Source: Myxococcales bacterium (lineage in GTDB: Bacteria > Myxococcota_A > Polyangia > Polyangiales > DASUME01). Taken from it: a stretch of 64,000 nucleotides of DNA. The position numbers and the translations under genes are program-made. How positions within the stretch are numbered: the stretch's first letter is position 1; the number at the start of each line of letters is the position of its first letter. The notes under the pieces are model-generated. The model did no database searches. It saw nothing but the letters and a program-made list of their open reading frames with translations, and had not been told where the DNA came from. Below are positions 39,897 through 47,160 of this stretch, piece after piece. The stretch spans positions 7,520,001 through 7,584,000 of the forward strand of contig JASGJH010000001.1 in assembly GCA_047601445.1 (NCBI GenBank). The letters are read 5' to 3'.

Positions 39897-40448
39897 ATGA
39901 CCAAGCGCTTTCCGTGGCACGTGGGGCCCTTGCTGTTCGCGGTTTGGCTCCTTTCCGGAGCCTCGTCGGCGCGCGCTGACATTTGGGATGCAGGAAAGGG
40001 TACGTATCTCCCGTTCGGCCTGACAGCTTCCTACCTGCGCCTTCATGAAGGCGACGACAAGGTTCGCACCGGCAAGCTGGGGCTCGAGCTGAGCTGGGTG
40101 GAATACGACAGCGCCTGGTGGGGCGGCTATGCGGATGTGGCTTATGACTTCGCGGGGGAGCGTGTCTGGATGACCGCTGGTCCAGAGTTTGGACTGTTTT
40201 CTATCGGGCTGGACGCAGGGTTCGTGTACGTGCTGGACAAGGGGCGCGACGACATGGGCTTCAGGGTGCGCTTCGTGGTCAGCGTCTTTGAAAATGACGG
40301 GCAGATGCACCCAGATCGCCACCGTGTGCGTGAGTACTTCAAGAGCAGCACGATCTTGCTGACTTTAGGGGGCGGCGCGTTGTTGCGAAACGAGCCTCAG
40401 CGCTTCTTGGAGTTGGGCGCGCTGTTCAAGCTGAAGAACGAGCGGTGA
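39897..40448 (+). CDS. Hypothetical secreted beta-strand protein (possible small outer-membrane barrel)
   Basis: Signal peptide ending ARA and alternating-pattern strands (GPEFGLFSIGLDAGFV). Confidence 0.6.
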   Translation: MTKRFPWHVGPLLFAVWLLSGASSARADIWDAGKGTYLPFGLTASYLRLHEGDDKVRTGKLGLELSWVEYDSAWWGGYADVAYDFAGERVWMTAGPEFGLFSIGLDAGFVYVLDKGRDDMGFRVRFVVSVFENDGQMHPDRHRVREYFKSSTILLTLGGGALLRNEPQRFLELGALFKLKNER

Positions 40449-40483
40449 GCGAGGCCGCCTTTGCGGTGAGGCATAGCGGGAGA

Positions 40484-41932
40484 CTACCAGTCGTGGATGC
40501 CGAGCCTCTCCAACTTCAGGTAGAGCTGATGCCGTGACAGCGCCAACATGCGGGCCGCCTGAGCTTTGTTGCCGCATGCTCTCCTCAAGGCCATGCGTAT
40601 GTGGCGCCGTTCGATCTCGGAAAGCGGAGCAACCTCCAGGTCCTCGCTAGCGGTGCGGTTCGGAGCGTGGGAGAGCGTCGGTTCGAACGTGGCGCTGTCG
40701 CACATGCGGATGTGGCGCGGAAGATGGCGTGGTTCCACCAGGATGTCGGGCGCGGCGGCGCAGCAGTGCTCCACCACGTTGCGGAGCTCGCGTACGTTGC
40801 CAGGCCACGAATAGCGCGAGAGCTCGTGCAAGCTCGTCGCCGAGAATTCGGCGGGCACGCGGTGACCCTGGTCGCGCAGCTCAGCCACGAAATGGGCGAG
40901 CAAACAGGGGAGGTCCTCGAGTCGCTCGGAGAGGCGCGGAAGCTCGATCCGGTGGGCGCTCAGACGATAGAACAGGTCGGCTCGCAAGGTGCCGTGTCGG
41001 ACCGCCTCCGAGGGGTCGCGGTTGGTGGCAGCGATCACCCGCGCGTGGACCGGGGCCTCGCGCATGCCCCCGACGGGACGCACTGACTTTTGCTCCAGGG
41101 CGCGCAGCAACTTGGGCTGGGTCGCGAGCGGCATCTCGGTGATCTCGTCCAGAAACAGCGTGCCATTCCCGGCCGAGCGCATGATTCCCGGAACGCTGCC
41201 GCGGCTCCCCGTGAACGCGCCCTTTTCGTGGCCGAAGAGCTCGCTCTCGATGAGGTCGTGGGGGAGGGCGGCGCAGTTGACGGCGGCAAAGGGGGCGCTT
41301 TCATGGCCACCCAGGCGGTGCAGCGCACGGGCTACGAGTTCTTTGCCGGTGCCGCTTTCGCCCGTAATCAACACTGGACCTGGCGCGCAAGCAACGCCAG
41401 CGATCTGCGCGAACACGGCTTGCATGGCCGCGCTGCCGCCCACGAAGTCAGGCAAAAGGCTGTTCGGATCGGCGCTCTTTCCAGCTGGGGGCGGGCGTAG
41501 TCGTAGTCCGCTGTCGAGGTGTCTTTCCGCGTCAGGAAGTGCATAGGTCGCGGCGACCTGATGAGAGAGGGTGCGCCCGAGTTGCTCGACCACGTCTCGC
41601 CATTTCGGGTCTGGCACGGCCTTGTTCACGGCGACCTCGAATGCACGCATCACATCAAGGGTGTCCGCCAGTGCCAGGCCGCTCGCATGCAACTCGCCGA
41701 TGAGAGCCGAGACGTGAAGCTGCACGTCGCTCGCGCGCCCAGCGCTCAACGCCAGGAGCAGCGGCGAGAGCGCCTGCGCGAGGAGGGGGAGTAGGGGGTG
41801 CACTGCGGTTGGCAGCGCGGAGTACGACCCGAGCCAGGTACTGCGAAGCACGTCGAGCTCCCGCAGGAGCACGCGTGCGAGCAGCTGAACCTGCCGTGCG
41901 TCGGTTCCCGCTGCGCGCGCTTGGGTGCTCAC
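40484..41932 (-). CDS. Sigma-54-dependent enhancer-binding protein with non-receiver helical N-terminal domain and Fis-type HTH
   Basis: GESGTGKELVA, ESELFGHEKGAFTGS, LFLDEI, LRADLFYRL, WPGNVREL, GNKAQAARML. GTG at 41932 after AAGGAGG. Confidence 0.93.
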   Translation of the reverse strand: MSTQARAAGTDARQVQLLARVLLRELDVLRSTWLGSYSALPTAVHPLLPLLAQALSPLLLALSAGRASDVQLHVSALIGELHASGLALADTLDVMRAFEVAVNKAVPDPKWRDVVEQLGRTLSHQVAATYALPDAERHLDSGLRLRPPPAGKSADPNSLLPDFVGGSAAMQAVFAQIAGVACAPGPVLITGESGTGKELVARALHRLGGHESAPFAAVNCAALPHDLIESELFGHEKGAFTGSRGSVPGIMRSAGNGTLFLDEITEMPLATQPKLLRALEQKSVRPVGGMREAPVHARVIAATNRDPSEAVRHGTLRADLFYRLSAHRIELPRLSERLEDLPCLLAHFVAELRDQGHRVPAEFSATSLHELSRYSWPGNVRELRNVVEHCCAAAPDILVEPRHLPRHIRMCDSATFEPTLSHAPNRTASEDLEVAPLSEIERRHIRMALRRACGNKAQAARMLALSRHQLYLKLERLGIHDW

Positions 41933-42065
41933 GACGGTTCCTCCTTCTTGGTGCCCGTGCTTCTCGCTCGAAAGCAAGCTAACGGTGAGGACCGCCGAAA
42001 CTCAAGTCATGCTGGATTCATCCGAGCAAATAGTGGGGTGGCAAGCAGGCTTGACGCGCGCGGGC

Positions 42066-42887
42066 CTAGAGGTCGTCATTCGCGGCCATCGCTCCACTCA
42101 TACTCCCGTCGAGCGACGCAATCATACTGACGCGCATGCGGTCGAACGACTCGCTCAGATCCCGGACTTCCTGGGTGCCTTGGCTGCGAAACTGCACGTT
42201 CAAATTGCCCGTGCTCATCACCCGTGCTGCCTCGGCCAACTCCTGGATTGGTCGCGCGATGGTGGCACGGGCCAGCCAGCCGCCGAGTGCGACCAAGACC
42301 AGTCCGAGAAAGAGGGCCACACCTTGCACGACGTAGAGAGTCGCTACCTTACTCTCAGAGTCTGCTTGCATCAGAGAGACTGCGCCGTCCATGGCCTCCA
42401 GCAGCTGCAGATTGGTGTCCATGATGGCATCGACGTCGGGGGTGCTCTTGCCGTGAGAGGCCAAGACGGCGTTCAGATGAGTCTTGAATGCGGACCACTT
42501 GCCCTCCACGATGTCGAGCTGCTTGCGGATCTCCTCCGTGGCCGCAGGGGGCGTCTGCCGCATCTTCGTCATGTCCAGGTTCGTCGGTGCCGAGCCGCCG
42601 TCGCGCAGTGCGAACAAGGTGGACTCGAAGACCCGCATGGTGTGCCGCAAGACGTCTCGATACTCGCTCACCTGTTCTTCTCGTCCTGCGGCCGCCGCAT
42701 TGGCGAGCTGCACGCCTTCCTTGGTCATGCGCTGCGTGAGCATTCTCTGGCGGCCTGCCAGGTTGACGATGAGACCGTCGTCCTTTTGGGTCTGCAGTAC
42801 CTGAAAGCTGGCAGCGACCACGCCGCTGAGCAGTACGAGGAAGGCAGCGAAGATCAGCAGCATTCTACCTTGGATTGTCGTCAACAT
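42066..42887 (-). CDS. Membrane sensor: TM, NarX/PilJ-like periplasmic domain, TM, HAMP; no output domain
   Basis: VNLAGRQRMLTQRM motif. Second TM followed by ARPIQELAEAARVMSTGNL...EVRDLSESFDRMR, then a stop about 20 aa later. Confidence 0.85.
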   Translation of the reverse strand: MLTTIQGRMLLIFAAFLVLLSGVVAASFQVLQTQKDDGLIVNLAGRQRMLTQRMTKEGVQLANAAAAGREEQVSEYRDVLRHTMRVFESTLFALRDGGSAPTNLDMTKMRQTPPAATEEIRKQLDIVEGKWSAFKTHLNAVLASHGKSTPDVDAIMDTNLQLLEAMDGAVSLMQADSESKVATLYVVQGVALFLGLVLVALGGWLARATIARPIQELAEAARVMSTGNLNVQFRSQGTQEVRDLSESFDRMRVSMIASLDGSMSGAMAANDDL

Positions 42888-44664
42888 GCGGGGCGTTCCT
42901 TTCTGAATAGGGGGCGCCCTCCCGAAGGCGCCGTAGCAGGCAGAGGAGGTCGGCGGGAGGCCAAGCGGTGGGACGCTTGCGCAGTTCACTCGGCACGTCT
43001 TGCACGTGGGTCAACGCGGCCGCTTGCGCGTGTGCACCTCGCACGGACCACGTGGTTACGATGCGCTGCTGCGCGGCCGCCGCCACCAGCACGCTGCTTT
43101 GGGCGAGCTCCGGCCAGGGCATGCTTCCCTGCGCGCAGACGTGCTGCAGTAGTCGTGCCGCGTCAGGCGAAAAGAAGTAGCGATCCGCGGTGGCGGCAGT
43201 AGCCCACCGTGCCAAGCGAACCGAGAAGATACCTGGTGCCAGCCCGTCCTCGCCCATGCGGAGGCTGTGCGACCCGTCGTCTTCAGGCGGTCCCCACTCC
43301 TCGTCCAGGGTGGTGACCTGCACCGTGCTGATCCCGAGGCCTGCGACGCCCGCAGCCAGCTCGCGCAGCTCGAGCACTTGCCGCGCATCCAGGCCCCGAG
43401 GGCACGAGACCCAGAGGAGTGGCAACCGGCCAGAACTCTCGAGCACGCCGATCTCCATCAGAGCCTTGCCGACCTGTTCGAGCGAGCCTTCCGCGGTCAT
43501 GCCGAGCGCCTGGGTGAGCATCGCCAGCGTGCTCCCCAGCCCCCGCTGGACGGTGAGGCGTGCCAGCACCGTGCAGTTGTCCGGTGTGCCGCGGCAGGCA
43601 GCTTCGAGTACCAGCTCGGCGTGGCGAGGGGCCCGCGCGCACACGCGAATCAAGGGCGTGCGCGCCTCGAACAGCCTCTGCAGCGCCTCTCGGGTCTCAT
43701 GCTCCAGGCCTTCGTCCAGGCTGGCCTGGAGCGCCCGCTCGAGGCCATTGGGTACGAAGGGCTGGACCTGCCTCGGATCGGGTCGGATCGAGCTGGCCCC
43801 GCGCCCCTTCTCGCGCGCGGGATCCTGCGCCACCTCGGCCAGCTCCCTCGACAATTCGCTCCCAGAGTTCGGTCTTTGTCCGGGGTCCTTGGCCAGCATC
43901 GCGAGGAGAAGCTCGCTCACGCCCCGCGGAAGATGCGGCGGTAGCTTCGGCGTCAGCTCGAGGTGCGCGCCCCTCAGCTGCTGCAGATCCGGCAGGGGAA
44001 ACGGTACCCGCCCGACCAGCATGAAGTAGAGACATGCCCCCAGGCTGTACACGTCCGAGGCTGGACTCGGGGGGCCATCGCGCCACAGTTCGGGCGCCAG
44101 AAAGGCCGGTGTGCCCACGACCGGCAGCAGTCCAACGCTGTCGCCCGGGCGCTCCAGCGCCAGGCCAAAATCAGCGATTTTGACTTGTCCGTAGCGGGTG
44201 ACCAGCAGGTTGTGCGGCTTGATGTCCCGATGGATGATCCGCTCCTGGTGCGCATAGCTGAGACCGGACGCAGCCTGGCAGATCAACTCCAGCGCTTCCG
44301 CCAGCGGCAAGGGGCCCGTGCGTTGGACGCGAGTCTGAACACTGCCTCCGCCCACGTACTCGTAGACGATGAACCAAAGACCCTTGTGGCGCCCAGCATG
44401 GTAGACGCGCACCACGTGGGGATGCTCGAGCTTGGCGGCGATACGGGCTTCTTCGACGCCGCGCGTTTCACCGATCCGCCCGCTGCGTGCAGTCTTGAGC
44501 GCGACGTAGCGCCCGAGCAGGGAGTCGCGCCCGAGCAAAACGGTTCCTTCACCGCCGCGCCCGAGGTTTCCCTCGATCACGTAGTTTCCAATCAGCGTGC
44601 CCGTTGCGATGGACAGCCCGTCGTCCACTCTCTGCTCCGCCTCGGCTAGATCTGAAGTCACCAT
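42865..44664 (-). CDS. Hanks-type Ser/Thr protein kinase with C-terminal degenerate AAA/ExeA-like domain
   Basis: LGRGGEG, VALK, HRDIKPHN, DFG, GTPAFLAPE, SDVYSLG. No TM segment is evident. Confidence 0.9.
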   Translation of the reverse strand: MVTSDLAEAEQRVDDGLSIATGTLIGNYVIEGNLGRGGEGTVLLGRDSLLGRYVALKTARSGRIGETRGVEEARIAAKLEHPHVVRVYHAGRHKGLWFIVYEYVGGGSVQTRVQRTGPLPLAEALELICQAASGLSYAHQERIIHRDIKPHNLLVTRYGQVKIADFGLALERPGDSVGLLPVVGTPAFLAPELWRDGPPSPASDVYSLGACLYFMLVGRVPFPLPDLQQLRGAHLELTPKLPPHLPRGVSELLLAMLAKDPGQRPNSGSELSRELAEVAQDPAREKGRGASSIRPDPRQVQPFVPNGLERALQASLDEGLEHETREALQRLFEARTPLIRVCARAPRHAELVLEAACRGTPDNCTVLARLTVQRGLGSTLAMLTQALGMTAEGSLEQVGKALMEIGVLESSGRLPLLWVSCPRGLDARQVLELRELAAGVAGLGISTVQVTTLDEEWGPPEDDGSHSLRMGEDGLAPGIFSVRLARWATAATADRYFFSPDAARLLQHVCAQGSMPWPELAQSSVLVAAAAQQRIVTTWSVRGAHAQAAALTHVQDVPSELRKRPTAWPPADLLCLLRRLREGAPYSERNAPHVDDNPR

Positions 44665-44676
44665 GTGCCGAGCAGC

Positions 44677-45369
44677 TCACACGCGCAGCGGTTGACGCAG
44701 CGCACGCGCGGCCTCGATAAAACTCTGCTGGCGTTCGGGGTTGGGAATCTTGGCCGCCAGCCGCGTCAGGAAATCGTTGAACTGCCCGTGGCGCAGTGTG
44801 CGCGCGGTGACGCCCAGTGCCGCCAGTTGCTGCTTGAACAACACCTTTGCCGCCGGACCCGTGTAGTTCACGTAGACTCCGAGCATCTGCACGACCAGCG
44901 CCTTACCCACGGCGTCCGGTGGCACCTGCTCGCCGTAGGCGCCGCTCGAGCGCGACGTCAGGTCGGCTCCCTGGGTGAGCGAGCGGCTCACCTCGGGCGC
45001 CTTGCCCGACGCCAGCACACTCGAGGGCTCGGCGCGTGCCAGATTGAGCGCCAACACGTTCAGGGCGACGTGCAGCATCGTGATGTTCACGTCGGGGGTC
45101 GTGAGCGCGAGCACGGTGTAGGAGTCGAGTCGGCGCAGCAGGATGCCGCCGCCTTCGCAGTTCGCGAAGAACCCATCGACCCGGCCATCGTTCAGCGAGC
45201 CGAAAATGTCGAACGAAGACGCCAGGCGGCGCGTCACCTCGGTGAGGAGGATGGCCTCGTAGGGGGCGGGCAGATTGTTGGTCACACAGCGACCTGCGCC
45301 ATCGAACAGCGCCACTCCGCGTACCCCTTCGGCTTCCGACAACGATGCTAACGGTATGCTCACAGTCAT
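44677..45369 (-). CDS. Roadblock/LC7-like protein with C-terminal small helical domain
   Basis: L....GVRGVALFD..G.....NLP..Y at the N-terminus. C-terminal Y.GPAAKVLFKQ.L..LG domain. ATGA overlap with the upstream gene. Confidence 0.7.
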   Translation of the reverse strand: MTVSIPLASLSEAEGVRGVALFDGAGRCVTNNLPAPYEAILLTEVTRRLASSFDIFGSLNDGRVDGFFANCEGGGILLRRLDSYTVLALTTPDVNITMLHVALNVLALNLARAEPSSVLASGKAPEVSRSLTQGADLTSRSSGAYGEQVPPDAVGKALVVQMLGVYVNYTGPAAKVLFKQQLAALGVTARTLRHGQFNDFLTRLAAKIPNPERQQSFIEAARALRQPLRV

Positions 45370-46748
45370 CTCCCTTGGCCTGAGGCGATCTTCTTCAGCA
45401 CCGCCATCGGATTCTTGTTCGCTCCACCCATCACCAGCAGGAAGCCGAAGTCCTCGTTGACCACGTACCAGTTGGAGCTGCCCATCGAGATGCACCACGA
45501 CTCGGGTTCTCCCAGTCCGAGCTCCGCTGCGGCCTCACCGAGCTGACGCGCTGCGAGCGCAGCCACCGCGCAGCCAGTCTCGGCGTCCATCTCGCCTTCA
45601 TTGGCCACCACGCTTCCATCTCGCTCGGCGCGTGCCGCGGCGCGCAGTGTCGGAGCGCGCTGCAAGACCTCACCGAGGGCGACCTCATTCTTTGCCGTAT
45701 TGCTTGCGTTCACGGTCTTCTCCTTCTCCTGCGGCGCGTTCGGCGCGCGGGCTGGCTCCTTCGAGCTCGTCGGGTTCGTTGCCTGAGGCACCTGCGGCGT
45801 GGCTGACGCGCCCGCTCGGGCAGAGGATGCGCCGCCGGAAAAGGGCGTAAGATTCGACGTGCGGACGGTGTTGGAGCGCGATTCAGGGCTCGCTCGCGGA
45901 GCGGGCGTGGGCGAGGCTGGCGCTTTCTGTCCGCGCAGAGGTGGCAACCCTGCGGCCAGGGCGGTCGTCGTGGGGGCCGCCTCTCTCGACCGCAGATCAA
46001 GCTGCACGATGCCCGACGGATCCCCGGAAATCGCGGCCATGTTGGGCGCCTTGGCAAAGCGTCCCATGCTCCGAGATGCCCGTTCGTCGGCGATGCGCAC
46101 GGCGTCGAGGAGCAGTTGCTCGAGGCTGCCAGTGAGGTTGGCGGGTAGCGCCACTCCGGTCAAAGACTCGCAGTGGATGTCGGCATCCTCCAGCAACGCG
46201 AGTCGAGAGAAGGCTTCCACACCCTCGCCGAGCTCGTCGTTGGCCCAGGTGACATCGCCAGCTTCAATCACGATGCGCCCGTGGCTACCGAGGCCGTTGG
46301 AGACGGAAAGACCGACGCTGCGACGGGTCAGCGCCGCGAGCTGAAGGTAGTCGGCGACCGTAAAGACGGAAGCTGGTGGCGGGAGCGTTCTTACACGCTC
46401 GAGTCGCCGCTTCACGAGTTCGCGAAAGGCCGCGCCGTCAACCGGCTTCTGAATCACGTCGATGTTCGAATTCTCCGGCAGCTCAGGGCGAATCCCGACC
46501 TCCCCGGCCACGAAGATCACGGGGATCTTGAGGCCGCGGCTCGCCAACTCCGGCAGCAGATCGAGGCCCGACCCGTCGGGCAGAGAGAGCCCAGCGACCA
46601 CGAGGCGTGGCATCGTTGCGTCGAGTGCATCGATGGCCTCTTGAATGCCCCTCGCTTCGACCACGGAGATGGCCTGATGCGTGAGCAGATGCCGGCTGAG
46701 CGTTCCCCTGAGCACGATTTCATCCTCGAGGAGAAGAACTTGGTCCAT
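45366..46748 (-). CDS. Atypical receiver, DUF4388/PatA-like domain, Pro/Ala linker, roadblock-like domain
   Basis: VLLLEDE...RLVVAGLSLPDGSG...IQKPV. Then F.VADYLQL......S..L.V....GRI..E.G.V..A.....GVEAF and L...LEQLLLDAVRIADE. C-terminal alpha-beta domain. GGGAG RBS. Confidence 0.8.
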   Translation of the reverse strand: MDQVLLLEDEIVLRGTLSRHLLTHQAISVVEARGIQEAIDALDATMPRLVVAGLSLPDGSGLDLLPELASRGLKIPVIFVAGEVGIRPELPENSNIDVIQKPVDGAAFRELVKRRLERVRTLPPPASVFTVADYLQLAALTRRSVGLSVSNGLGSHGRIVIEAGDVTWANDELGEGVEAFSRLALLEDADIHCESLTGVALPANLTGSLEQLLLDAVRIADERASRSMGRFAKAPNMAAISGDPSGIVQLDLRSREAAPTTTALAAGLPPLRGQKAPASPTPAPRASPESRSNTVRTSNLTPFSGGASSARAGASATPQVPQATNPTSSKEPARAPNAPQEKEKTVNASNTAKNEVALGEVLQRAPTLRAAARAERDGSVVANEGEMDAETGCAVAALAARQLGEAAAELGLGEPESWCISMGSSNWYVVNEDFGFLLVMGGANKNPMAVLKKIASGQGR

Positions 46749-46842
46749 GCGCGACTCTCCCTGACCACCGAAATGGCGGGCAAGGCAGTGTGCCCCGCCC
46801 AGCTCCCGCTCCTCGCCTCGACGAGATGGCGGGAGGCATCGG

Positions 46843-46859
46843 TGCACGGCGCGCGCCAA
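46843..46859 (-). promoter_or_regulatory. Putative sigma-54 promoter of the 40484-46748 operon
   Basis: Minus strand TTGGCGCGCGCCGTGCA = GG-N10-GC, about 95 bp before the ATG at 46748. Confidence 0.6.
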
Positions 46860-46964
46860 CTCCGTGGGCGATGCGTGCCGTCGCGAAACTGCCCGACTTT
46901 CCTGGAAGACCAACAGACGGTCTGCACGCTACGAGGCCTTCACAGGCTGGTTGCTCGCTCCGGC

Positions 46965-47005
46965 GAGTGTCCCGATCGGAACACTCGGCTGCGATCGGTA
47001 CACTC
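46965..47005. promoter_or_regulatory. Putative upstream activator sequences
   Basis: Palindrome GAGTGTCCCGATCGGAACACTC (contains TGT-N10-ACA). Direct repeat CGATCGG(A/T)ACACTC at 46973 and 46992. Confidence 0.55.
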
Positions 47006-47160
47006 CCGGCGCGTCTTACCGAAACAGTCGAGCACGAGAGTGTAAGGTCCGTCTGCAAGCGGGAGCCGCGTGAGCAGTGTCCCTTGGGCTAGGCCGTATT
47101 GTCGGACCCAATGCACAGTTTGGGTCAGAGCACCTGCCCCGTGGGGGTAGGGTTCACAGC

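Noticed and set aside
46779..46797. GGCACACTGCCTTGC on the minus strand as the operon's sigma-54 promoter
   Set aside because: Spacing is 11; the motif at 46843-46859 fits correctly.
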